Source of the DNA: a virus
Direction: 5' to 3' (one strand)
Length of the DNA stretch: 64,000 bases
Virus record (IMG/VR): IMGVR_UViG_3300010370_002417
Coordinates: 13,259 to 77,258 of that record
Part shown: piece after piece, positions 9,601 through 17,704 of the stretch
How the letters are laid out: every line of letters starts with the position of its first letter
How positions within the stretch are numbered: position 1 is the first letter of the stretch
The notes under the pieces: model-generated
Told to the model about the DNA's origin: nothing
What the model saw: the letters and a program-made list of their open reading frames with translations, nothing else
Database searches by the model: none
Position numbers and translations under genes: made by a program

Positions 9601-10994
9601 GAAGACTTGCGACCTTCGTCGACAGAACGAGCATAATGGGAGAGCTTTCTGTTCAAATGTAAGTGTCCTTGCTTTGGATTAGGCGCAACGCGATCGTTTT
9701 GAGTTGGATCAATACTAAGAGTATCCAGCTTCTGTGGATTGATATTCAGCGGAGAATCGTGTGCTGCGTCGGCCTTTGTCTTTTCCCAATCTGCAACAGA
9801 CATACCGCGTTTTGCAGCTTGAATCTTATCCTGTGCGACGTCCTTGGCTGATCCTTCTTTGTCCTTCGCTTCATAAACGAAAGACTCTTTTGTATCGCGA
9901 GCCTGTGCAACAGATGTTTGTGCTTTCTTACGAATCATTGGCAGTATTCTCTTTGAGATGCGATCTACAGCAGAATTCAATCCCTTACCAAAACGATTGA
10001 CAAGAGCATTATCTACGGCAACGCGCTGTGAACGTGAAAGTGTGCTATAATCTAGATTTGTCTTGCCTGTTGCACGACGACGAAGAATCATCAGTGCAGC
10101 CTTTCGCGCGCGCATGCGGAGTCTTTGTTGTGCTGGCATTTGCTTGCGCTTGATATCACGCAGACGAGCAAGACGCTTCGACATAGATTTCATGCGTTGA
10201 GCGAGCTTCTGACGCGTCTGTAAAGAAAGAACTCTTGCTTCGTCGACTTCTTCCTTCTCGTCAATATCTTGACCAAGTATCACGTCAAGCATGAGAGCGT
10301 CTGCGTCGTCAAGATCAAAATCGTCGACGCTCATGTCGTCAATATGCTTTGCGATTTCTCCGTCTGAAGGAATAGCAATATCCATCTCGTCGTCCGACGC
10401 TTCGACAATAAAGCCAACGAAACGTTCGTCATGACTGTAATCCATGACATCCTCTCCTAGCAATGCTTTACGAACAGCGTTATACATGTTCTTAGCTTGT
10501 GTGATCTTTAGCGTGTTTGGAGCGCCGCGAAGGAACTCTGCAACCTTTTCGTCTTTAGCAAGAGCGCGCATTTTGCTAGCCGACATTCCTGAAACGTCGT
10601 CTGCGTCTGGATCGCGCTCGCCAGCGGACTTCACTTCGATCTTCTCGAAGTTGTATTCTTTGCCATTGTATCTGTTGAGCAGATTAGTGAACTCGGGAAC
10701 GCGGTCGGATCCGCCAAACATTGTGACGTGAGTAAATCCTTCCTTCTCCAGATCCTTGAGAATCTGAATTACGTTCTTAGAGTTTGACTTGCGCACGATT
10801 GCTCCGAACGCTGCACGAGCGAACGAGATCTTCTTATCATACGGAAGGGGATCTTTTTTGCCTACGGAATGAGACAGATAGACGCGAGGAGTAGCTTTCG
10901 TCTGACGAGCGTGAGCGAGCAGCTTGTTGACAAGCAGCTGATGTCCCGTAGTTGGTGGGTTCATACGCCCAAACGTAAATACAACGCTCTTCAT
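6603..10994 (-). CDS. HxGH nucleotidyltransferase (cytidylyltransferase-like) fused to many small modules
   Basis: FTFGRMNPPTTGH, GSDR and RDPDADDVSGMSASKMR in the first ~180 aa; the rest is a chain of basic modules; TATAAATA late promoter and GAGGAG RBS upstream. Confidence 0.8.
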   Translation of the reverse strand: MKSVVFTFGRMNPPTTGHQLLVNKLLAHARQTKATPRVYLSHSVGKKDPLPYDKKISFARAAFGAIVRKSNSKNVIQILKDLEKEGFTHVTMFGGSDRVPEFTNLLNRYNGKEYNFEKIEVKSAGERDPDADDVSGMSASKMRALAKDEKVAEFLRGAPNTLKITQAKNMYNAVRKALLGEDVMDYSHDERFVGFIVEASDDEMDIAIPSDGEIAKHIDDMSVDDFDLDDADALMLDVILGQDIDEKEEVDEARVLSLQTRQKLAQRMKSMSKRLARLRDIKRKQMPAQQRLRMRARKAALMILRRRATGKTNLDYSTLSRSQRVAVDNALVNRFGKGLNSAVDRISKRILPMIRKKAQTSVAQARDTKESFVYEAKDKEGSAKDVAQDKIQAAKRGMSVADWEKTKADAAHDSPLNINPQKLDTLSIDPTQNDRVAPNPKQGHLHLNRKLSHYARSVDEGRKSSADKDARDAGDTNIIYQMRKTINSRGEHETTFADGHKAHVSIADAKKMLAKFEALRLPADKHEFTIQAGRSLASFKNVMAHGAKPEKKKISLGGKKFNEFYLGVGRSRTVSAYDNDEPPGNRRIAEVAKDEDRPEDPNKSRPLSQKLDLLLRLGLADTDELQKYRRALRSSKKAALQSPEMRAKLADLLDKLIDLTTQDPATYSRVRYRVMTKEALALLNKAERSGIDVSILAEVFVRGLQEDNDSAKAFNRVNSFIAGGKAAEIDNDLSEKVDLPHKYRAGLSDKTASARKAHWDKMDKLSDRDPRAYEPAPGDATAKTKPSKHTLKYKRMYGEEAMDEAAEAGLAAKAKKSGVSIDTLRKVYRRGVAAWNSGHRPGTTPQQWGMARVNSYITKGKGTYHGADKDLREDDLSEKSQGLWANIHAKRQRIKSGSGERMRKPGEKGAPTADQIRSAKGEAVSPAQQAAIAISMKKAGKTPKNEDVSPAAKKILGDKAKEHGGKVPFKSTTYKDGKKVVTHGYNDASGKRVVTHTTNEAAKSDAQQRAAGAALATQRGEYAGGKKGGAINRMALMKKKELIKLATKKKETNEGLRSTSKGNEKGRNYDPNKLYHQTGYRLKDYRRPGETSKAQDKQTLDKMFSRFTASGGKVKVLPPGKKTPKTMIRPRDYMKPNQAAKVGVTEQNMTTHDAVPLAKRVKKVKSFHAWHPKSVNEAQRTADVKVVKVRNPDGTTTFRKERTTTTVQQEASHPHPTGKIPYVSKTNKEMQDDLRKKFKDASEGYTGSEPTSSNPNDPSNRFVGTDAIRRNYAAATPGQEQAAGQIGVAAFSPEKPSYGSPVARTRTEVDHSKDDASKKHFNEIRKALSGIREQNELNESFAAGFELAPFARDYGIQVQSAFEHHPEVQEALDAQEDAMNEAIYQGRNVPLNKPMKGDVKKSKVYVRDPSTGNIKKVNFGDKKLSIKKDQPGRKRSYCARSSVQGNLTKKTSANYWSRRAWDC

Positions 10995-11032
10995 TTTCTC
11001 CTCGCGGGATTGCCTTAGCCTGACCGCATCAG

Positions 11033-11040
11033 TATTTATA
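11033..11040 (-). promoter_or_regulatory. T4-type late (gp55) promoter TATAAATA
   Basis: Exact T4 late consensus ~40 nt upstream of the 10994 start. Confidence 0.75.
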
Positions 11041-11049
11041 AAAAGGGGC

Positions 11050-11078
11050 TTGACAACTTCAGAATGTAACGATATAAT
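11050..11078 (+). promoter_or_regulatory. Perfect sigma70 promoter on the antisense strand
   Basis: TTGACA(11050-55)-17 nt-TATAAT(11073-78); no plus-strand gene follows. Confidence 0.65.
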
Positions 11079-11106
11079 GAGTAATGTGACGAGCGGTCAG
11101 TATACC

Positions 11107-12339
11107 TTAGCGTTGCCATCCTTTTATGATATCTGAACTAAAGTTAGCCTGACTGAATCCTAGTCTGTCAACTAGTTTCACAGCTCCTCCAGTAAGATGA
11201 TCAACTGCAACGTATCCCTCAGGAGAAGTGATCGTCAGTCCTTTATTAGTACGAAGGAACGTGCCAATAGAAGCTGACGAGTTCATCTTTGCGATGATAA
11301 GCAGTTTTGCTTCAACCACGAGATTCATAAAATCAAAAATGCTCTTTAATTGTATAGCTGGTGTGCGTACAATCGGTCCGAAGCTATTCTTGAATCTTTC
11401 TCTAACAGCTTGTTTACCCTTCTCGGTCTTCTTGCTGTTTTCTTCCTTCTTATAATAGTCATTCATGTAATGCACGAAGCCAACAACATGAGATGTTGTG
11501 TTCGCGATCTTTTCGCCAGCACGAACTTTGCTGTTATTATACGTCTTGATGCGAATTAGTAATTCTGGATCTGCGGAGAACGCATCTACAGCAGCGCGTG
11601 GCAGTTTCTGCAGAATTGTTCCCATCTGCGATAGAATCTTATTGAGCTGCTCAGTTTCCGCAGCAGTCATTGTTGCGGTACCGCTGACGTCTTTGTACGT
11701 TGCGTCGTCCATCCAGATCGTATTGACTTGCTTCAGCTTTTCGACGATACCTTTAGCAAACGATGCTTGCATATTCTCAAACGAGTCGCCTTCGTATGTC
11801 GTATGCCATACAACGCCAATACTCGCAGCATTGATTCTTTTTCCGAGAGCTGAGTTCACAGGGACGGCATATACAATCGTGTTTGGTTGGAATGTGTAAT
11901 AACTTGCGTCGTCGATCGTTTCTTTCTTCACGTCTCCCTTCGTGAACATCAGATCGCCCTGATATACACCGCGCGTGATTCCGAGCTTCTTGAACTCGCG
12001 CAGCGCTACAGTGAATTTGGCTGCAAGCTCACCGTCAAGATCTGCGTTGATATCAGCCTGTGTCTTGTACAGCTTTGGTGTCTTGTTGAAGATACCTTTC
12101 TTTGCGACAAAGAACTTTCCGTCGCGCGGATCAATACCAGCAAAGATCGCAGGTGCACCGTCCCACTTTACAGTCGCAGATACTTTCTTCTTAGTCTTTC
12201 CGCCAAGCATATCGCGGACTTGTGTCAGAAACGAGAAGATCTGCTTTGCGCCAGCAACACCATCATTGAGGATAAGATCCTCGATGTGCTCCATGTGCAG
12301 ATTTTTTTCTTCTGCAATAAATGTTGAGAGCTTTTTCAT
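11107..12339 (-). CDS. RNA/DNA-ligase-like covalent nucleotidyltransferase (DUF6267-like)
   Basis: Motifs I KWDG, III YQGDLMF, IV PEGYVAV and V VKLVDR; N-terminus MKKLSTFIAE resembles the T4 capsid-targeting sequence. Confidence 0.65.
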   Translation of the reverse strand: MKKLSTFIAEEKNLHMEHIEDLILNDGVAGAKQIFSFLTQVRDMLGGKTKKKVSATVKWDGAPAIFAGIDPRDGKFFVAKKGIFNKTPKLYKTQADINADLDGELAAKFTVALREFKKLGITRGVYQGDLMFTKGDVKKETIDDASYYTFQPNTIVYAVPVNSALGKRINAASIGVVWHTTYEGDSFENMQASFAKGIVEKLKQVNTIWMDDATYKDVSGTATMTAAETEQLNKILSQMGTILQKLPRAAVDAFSADPELLIRIKTYNNSKVRAGEKIANTTSHVVGFVHYMNDYYKKEENSKKTEKGKQAVRERFKNSFGPIVRTPAIQLKSIFDFMNLVVEAKLLIIAKMNSSASIGTFLRTNKGLTITSPEGYVAVDHLTGGAVKLVDRLGFSQANFSSDIIKGWQR

Positions 12340-13079
12340 TCAAAACAACTTAGGTTCATTTTGCCCTTTTGAATCGTGACGCTTTTGCCGTCAACAGGAG
12401 CAATGTTGAAAGGAGACTTCGATTTCATCGAGAATTGCATTTCAAATGTAAATTGATAGTTGTCGCTGCCCTTGTACTGAACGCGAGCGCGATAGATAGC
12501 TTTGGCTGATGCGCCAAATGTAGGAACGTCTTTTAGACCAAGAGGATTCTTTTTACCCATTAGATAGAATCCATGCGTTCCGACGTTCACATAGTACGTA
12601 TCTTTCTTATTATAGTATTCTTCGATCTTGGTCGCGGGAATTTCGCCCTTGATATCTTTGAATAGCTTTAGGTCGCGCTCATATCTTTGACGCGGAGTTT
12701 TCTTACCAGCGGTCACTTCCCATGCAGGGTCTTTATCTCTTTTGTATGGAACTTCTTTCCATTCCTTTTGAATAATCTTGAATAGGCCAACGTAATCGGC
12801 TAGTTCTTTGATGAACTGTTTTTCTTTTTCGTCTGGCTTGATAGTTCCGAATCCCCAAGGATTCTTTTTATTCTTAGCGTCGTACTTTAGAACAAGAGAT
12901 CCAGCTGAAGCTGCGGTGATCTTTAGCTCGCAACCAGCTTTGTTCTTTTTGTACTGTAACATAAGATCAGGTTGATCATGTCCAGCACCAGCAGGCACAA
13001 ATTCTTTGGGAACAAATCCCATAGGTTTCAATATTTTTGCAGCGTTCTGCTCATATAGAAATCCTTGTTGCGCCGCCAT
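12336..13079 (-). CDS. Hypothetical protein, possible PD-(D/E)xK nuclease
   Basis: GFLYE...QPDLML...GCELK spacing; ATAAATA late-promoter core at 13105-13111. Confidence 0.5.
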   Translation of the reverse strand: MAAQQGFLYEQNAAKILKPMGFVPKEFVPAGAGHDQPDLMLQYKKNKAGCELKITAASAGSLVLKYDAKNKKNPWGFGTIKPDEKEKQFIKELADYVGLFKIIQKEWKEVPYKRDKDPAWEVTAGKKTPRQRYERDLKLFKDIKGEIPATKIEEYYNKKDTYYVNVGTHGFYLMGKKNPLGLKDVPTFGASAKAIYRARVQYKGSDNYQFTFEMQFSMKSKSPFNIAPVDGKSVTIQKGKMNLSCFE

Positions 13080-13118
13080 AGCTTATCCTTGTTGTTATTT
13101 TGACTATTTATTCAAATG

Positions 13119-13149
13119 AAAAAGGGGAGTGGCACCACGCCACTCCCCT
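13119..13149 (-). terminator. Rho-independent terminator
   Basis: AGGGGAGTGGC-loop-GCCACTCCCCT followed by a T run on the minus strand. Confidence 0.8.
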
Positions 13150-13181
13150 GACTAATGACAAAAAATCCACCTCCTTGATCA

Positions 13182-13979
13182 TTAGCCCAAACGGCGATAT
13201 CCCAGCAAACGATTAGCAGGATAGTATGCGACATTCACTTCCTTGTTCTGATTCCCACCAAGAACCTTGATGTAGCGAATGCCATTCAATGTTTCTTCTC
13301 CCATATAGAATCCAACGTGTCCCGCATATTGACTGCGACCACGAGTGAACACCACGATATCACCTTCTTTAGGATACTTCGTAGCGACGCCGTATCCCAG
13401 GAAACTACGTGCTTGAAGCGAGCCAGTTCCTTCGTATCCAGTTTGCTTTAGAATAGCGTTAGCGAACGCTGCACACCATGGAATGCGTACTGGATCAACG
13501 ACCATCTCATTACCCTTAGACAACAGATCGCGGAGTTCGCTTCTGTTTCTCTGAGCATGATATCCTTCCCACTGCTGAGCAACACGAACTGGCTCTGGAG
13601 CAAGTGGCGTTTTATTACGACGCGCAGGCGTATCGTTCGTCTTACGCGCTTTAGCAGTTTGTGTCGTATTATATGTGACTTGAATATTAGCCATACGAGC
13701 ACGATCAGCAGCAAAGAATGCAGCTGCGCTGTCGTCGTCTGCGCGATAAGAATGAGCAGTTTCTACAGACGCTGGAGCTGGATTCCTGCGTGCGATTGTT
13801 TCTGGCTTCAGCATCGAGCAGAATCTAGCGTAATGAGCATACTTTGGTTGAACGCTCAAATTGCAGCGCTGTAGTGCGGTCTGCTGTGATACTTGCTTTT
13901 TCTTTTGAGGAGCAGCTTCAGCGGAAACTGCCATAAACAGCGGCGACGCTGCTGTTAGTGCGATGAAAGTCTTCTTCAT
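13182..13979 (-). CDS. TIGR02594-family NlpC/P60-CHAP cell-wall peptidase with signal peptide
   Basis: PWCAAFAN, ARSFL.YG, GDIVVF.RG...GHVGF and VLGGNQ motifs; N-terminal AxA signal peptide. Confidence 0.85.
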   Translation of the reverse strand: MKKTFIALTAASPLFMAVSAEAAPQKKKQVSQQTALQRCNLSVQPKYAHYARFCSMLKPETIARRNPAPASVETAHSYRADDDSAAAFFAADRARMANIQVTYNTTQTAKARKTNDTPARRNKTPLAPEPVRVAQQWEGYHAQRNRSELRDLLSKGNEMVVDPVRIPWCAAFANAILKQTGYEGTGSLQARSFLGYGVATKYPKEGDIVVFTRGRSQYAGHVGFYMGEETLNGIRYIKVLGGNQNKEVNVAYYPANRLLGYRRLG

Positions 13980-14056
13980 CTTATCTCCTATTTTTGCTTG
14001 CGCTACGAAAGGAAGATACGACGCTCTGGACGTAACTATACCATACGAATATCTAT

Positions 14057-14308
14057 TTAGCTAAACAGAGTCTCAAACGTGCCGTTTTTGATGGCCGCTG
14101 AGAGATCATCATAGCTACCTACTCTCGTTTCACCCACAAAGACTTGTGGAACTGTACGTACATTCGGAACCTGTTCGAAGAACTCTTCGCGAGTGATATC
14201 CCGACCAATCTTGATTTCATTGTACGAAACATTATGTAGTGCGAGCAGCGACTTAGCTCGCTCGCACCACGGACAATCATCTTTACTATAAATCTTAACT
14301 TCAATCAC
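14057..14308 (-). CDS. Glutaredoxin
   Basis: IYSKDDCPWCERAK and RTVPQVF motifs; GTG start overlaps the upstream gene end. Confidence 0.9.
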   Translation of the reverse strand: MIEVKIYSKDDCPWCERAKSLLALHNVSYNEIKIGRDITREEFFEQVPNVRTVPQVFVGETRVGSYDDLSAAIKNGTFETLFS

Positions 14309-14831
14309 CGTATATATCCCCACCCTTTTGCTTAAAATGATAATTATGCGCTCTACGCCACTCGTTGAAAATAATTTCCTGATCGCGGCGAGCTTCTTTT
14401 TCCCACGGCAGATCGAAATATGATCCGCGACCACGCCCCTCGGACTGAACTAATTTATTCTTCCATTTACAGTAGTCGGCGTGAGTAGCCAGATCTTTTA
14501 GGTCACCGGTCGCATATTGTCGAATATGGACTATCTCATGCGCGAGCACGCGGAACAGAGTTCTATCATTTATGTGATTGCACAAGTCCATATCAAACTC
14601 GCGCGGTCTGTTATTACTGTCAGCCCAAAGAACTGAACCGTAAACGTTCGTGTTCTTCAAATCGTTAACGAGATCGATTCTTAGGGAAACATTGTTGGCA
14701 AGTCTTGTTCCTAGGGTATAGCCAAGCATCCATCTAGCCGCAGCTTCGACGAGTTTTTTCTTCCTAGGTTTACCGCCAGCCACGTATATGTCGGCGGTAT
14801 TATTCGAATATTCCAAAGCCTCTGGGAACAT
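14301..14831 (-). CDS. Putative zinc metallopeptidase (HExxH)
   Basis: LAHEIVHIRQY...PWEKEA; GGAGG RBS and a sigma70 promoter upstream. Confidence 0.75.
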   Translation of the reverse strand: MFPEALEYSNNTADIYVAGGKPRKKKLVEAAARWMLGYTLGTRLANNVSLRIDLVNDLKNTNVYGSVLWADSNNRPREFDMDLCNHINDRTLFRVLAHEIVHIRQYATGDLKDLATHADYCKWKNKLVQSEGRGRGSYFDLPWEKEARRDQEIIFNEWRRAHNYHFKQKGGDIYGD

Positions 14832-14855
14832 GGCACCTCCCTCGCTTATTGGACT

Positions 14856-14884
14856 AGTATATTCTACTGGCGACAAAATGTCAA
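14856..14884 (-). promoter_or_regulatory. Sigma70-type promoter
   Basis: TTGACA-17-TATACT. Confidence 0.7.
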
Positions 14885-14895
14885 GACTATTTAGT

Positions 14896-16317
14896 TTAGA
14901 ACTTGAAGTTGTTGAATTTGGGTTTAGGCTTGTTGCGCTCACGATCTTCCATCCCGAATTTGGTATTATCCATCACAGAGTCATATCGTTTAGTCTTACC
15001 ACCGCGGCTGTCGTCGATCAAGTCATCCTGGGCTGTTTCTTCGACATCAAAAAGACGCATTTTGACACGATCGATACCCACGAAGAATCTCTTGTTTTCG
15101 CCAGGATCGCTGTAGCGATTTTTCAGCTGCTTGATAAGTATCTGTCCCCTTTCATCCATATCTTCAGTACGAACAAGAGCAATCATAAAGTCTGCAGTCG
15201 CAGGCAAGCCAAACGATTCCGAAGTATCTTCAAGCCCAGGATCGCTGTTGGTGTATCCAGAGCGAGTCGTTTGCGTAGCAGAAACAATTGGTACATTCTT
15301 CTCAACAGCCAATCCACGCAGTTCTTCAGCGATAGCCTTGACATACGTGTAGCTGTTTACGTTCGATCCGGTCTTGATACGAGACGACATACAGATATTG
15401 AGATAATCAATGTAGATAATATCAGGAACAAAATTTCGCTTGAGATTGAGCTCATTGATAAGATGACGGAAATGTCCAACGTGAGCCGACGCAGTGGGAT
15501 ACTCCTTGATGATTAGCTTGCCAGTAGTCTTGGCTCTGAGCCTTTCAATCTTCTTTTCATATATATCTTTAGGCAGCATCGCAAGATCTTCTGATGCAAC
15601 GTTCAACAGATTCGCGTCGATACGCTCAGCGATCTTTTCTTCAGCCATCTCCATAGTTATATAGAGAACGTTCTTTCCCATCGCAAGATTGGCTGCGGTC
15701 ATATGACACATAGCCAACGTCTTACCGACGCCAGTTCCTGCAAGGATAATATTCAAAGATTTGCGAGATAGTCCGCCGCGTGTTACCTTGTTGAGTAACT
15801 CAATATCGAATGGGAGCTTTTCTTCAACGCGATGATAATAATCAAATCGACGTTCGTAGTCTTCGATGAAGTCATGGCCGATATGACTATCAAATGAAAC
15901 GCCAAGAGCTTCTGACAAAATCTCAGGGATAGAGTTCTTGGTGCGATTCTTATCTTTGCCGTCAAGAATAGAGATGCTATCCATGACCGCATTATATACT
16001 GCACGTTCTTGACAGAACTGCTCAGTGGTATCGAGAAGCCATTGCATTTCGCTAGGCTCAGGCTCGATTAGATTGCGAACGATATCCATCGAACGCTTGT
16101 GTTCTTCTTCCGTAAGATTAGTCGCAGATTCAAGTTCAATACCAATCGCTTCGCGTGTAGGATTGGTGTTGTACTTAGTCATAAAGTCAGTGATTCGTTT
16201 GAACACCTGACGCTCAGACGAATCACTGAAATATTCTTCTTTTAGAAAAGGTAGAGTCTTACGGGCGAAGTCTTCATTATGAACCAGATTCTTCAGAATC
16301 GTCAGTTCGATCTTCAT
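14896..16317 (-). CDS. 41: Replicative DnaB-like helicase gp41
   Basis: AGTGVGKT Walker A; ITMEM, IYIDYLN, SATQTTR and SESFGLPATAD motifs. Confidence 0.95.
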   Translation of the reverse strand: MKIELTILKNLVHNEDFARKTLPFLKEEYFSDSSERQVFKRITDFMTKYNTNPTREAIGIELESATNLTEEEHKRSMDIVRNLIEPEPSEMQWLLDTTEQFCQERAVYNAVMDSISILDGKDKNRTKNSIPEILSEALGVSFDSHIGHDFIEDYERRFDYYHRVEEKLPFDIELLNKVTRGGLSRKSLNIILAGTGVGKTLAMCHMTAANLAMGKNVLYITMEMAEEKIAERIDANLLNVASEDLAMLPKDIYEKKIERLRAKTTGKLIIKEYPTASAHVGHFRHLINELNLKRNFVPDIIYIDYLNICMSSRIKTGSNVNSYTYVKAIAEELRGLAVEKNVPIVSATQTTRSGYTNSDPGLEDTSESFGLPATADFMIALVRTEDMDERGQILIKQLKNRYSDPGENKRFFVGIDRVKMRLFDVEETAQDDLIDDSRGGKTKRYDSVMDNTKFGMEDRERNKPKPKFNNFKF

Positions 16318-16624
16318 TCCCAATCCTTCCTACTTGTTTAAGTAAAATATCGAAAAGAATACCAGCAATCGTATCTTCAAATCGTTGCTTGATACTATCA
16401 GTCAGCATTTCTTCAGCAATGAACGATTCGACGACGTGATAATTGAAGTTGAGCATCGCGTCGCCGTTTTCGTCTTCGGTATCGCTTACTTTTAGATTTT
16501 CGTAATGATACACCATCCCTTCGAACTCGCCTTCGTTGATTTTGATGCAAACGAATTTTTCTACTTTGGGATGCATAATATGACTATAATCTACTGCGAC
16601 CGGATTGTCAATAGCTCTACTCAT
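16277..16624 (-). CDS. gp40-like head vertex assembly chaperone (positional call)
   Basis: Acidic ~115-aa ORF between uvsX and 41, the T4 gene 40 position. Confidence 0.5.
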   Translation of the reverse strand: MSRAIDNPVAVDYSHIMHPKVEKFVCIKINEGEFEGMVYHYENLKVSDTEDENGDAMLNFNYHVVESFIAEEMLTDSIKQRFEDTIAGILFDILLKQVGRIGNEDRTDDSEESGS

Positions 16625-17657
16625 TTTCATCTCCAAGGATAGCACCATGGGCGATGGAGTATCGTTCTTTGATATACTTAGCAAAGTCTGTTTCCTTGAA
16701 CATCGTCTTCCAGAACTCGCCGTTGTCTTCGATATCCGAAGCTCTCATGTTCGGCGCAAGGACTTCTCCAGTCTCTTTGTCTACCCTAGCATACCACCCA
16801 TTTTTTGGCTTAACAATATAACCGCCATCCAGAGCAACGTCAAGTAAACCGCTCCAGCGATTAATGCCACCTTCAAATGAAACGCTAATAGGGATCTTTG
16901 ACTTTTCTTTGACATAACGACTCTTCTCCACGTTGATAACGAAGTGATATCCTTGGATACCTTCAGAATCCTTATCTTGCTGACGACCAAGAATCCAGAT
17001 GTTGTCTGAGCCGTAGTACGAGCCAGTGCCGCCACCAACGATATCCTTCGGGAACATACCAATCTCTTTGTAGGTATGATTGACAACAGCCATAGGAATA
17101 TCTTTGAGAGTGAGATAAGGAGTGATCATACGGAACAGCGACTTGAGCTGCTTCGCACGAGACATATCTGCGACAGATTTTTCATTGAGCGCGTCTTCGA
17201 CTTCCTTCTTAGAAGCAAGATTACCAATCGAGTCAATGACAATCATAACATGATCGCCGCGCTCCAGCTCTGTGAGCTGTTTCATTATGTCGAATTTGAG
17301 TTGTTCGACGTCAGTGATAGGAGTATGCACAACAGAGTCAAAAGGAATACCAAAGGTATTAAAATAGGACTGAGGAGTACCAAACTCAGAATCGTAAAAA
17401 AGTATAACGCCATCTGAATACTTCCTTAGAAAGGCTGAAGCCATAAGAAGCGCAAATCCAGTCTTAAAATGCTTAGACGGACCTGCAAGCATTGTAAGCC
17501 CAGGAGTCATTCCGCCATCAATGCTACCAGACAACGCAACGTTGATCATGGGAACTGTGGTTGGAATGACGTCTTTCTTTGTGAAAATCTTAGAATCTTC
17601 AAGAGTGGCTGTAAAAGCGATTGTACTATTTTTAATCAGTTTTTCTTTGAGCGACAT
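16617..17657 (-). CDS. uvsX: UvsX RecA-like recombinase
   Basis: AGPSKHFKT, FYDSEFG, IDSIGNLASKKE and NVEKSRYVKEK motifs. Confidence 0.95.
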   Translation of the reverse strand: MSLKEKLIKNSTIAFTATLEDSKIFTKKDVIPTTVPMINVALSGSIDGGMTPGLTMLAGPSKHFKTGFALLMASAFLRKYSDGVILFYDSEFGTPQSYFNTFGIPFDSVVHTPITDVEQLKFDIMKQLTELERGDHVMIVIDSIGNLASKKEVEDALNEKSVADMSRAKQLKSLFRMITPYLTLKDIPMAVVNHTYKEIGMFPKDIVGGGTGSYYGSDNIWILGRQQDKDSEGIQGYHFVINVEKSRYVKEKSKIPISVSFEGGINRWSGLLDVALDGGYIVKPKNGWYARVDKETGEVLAPNMRASDIEDNGEFWKTMFKETDFAKYIKERYSIAHGAILGDENE

Positions 17658-17675
17658 AATTCACCTCCAACATGA

Positions 17676-17704
17676 ATACTATCATACTAAGCATAAGTTG
17701 TCAA
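17676..17704 (-). promoter_or_regulatory. Sigma70-type promoter for uvsX
   Basis: TTGACA-17-TAGTAT, then a GGAGG RBS. Confidence 0.7.
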
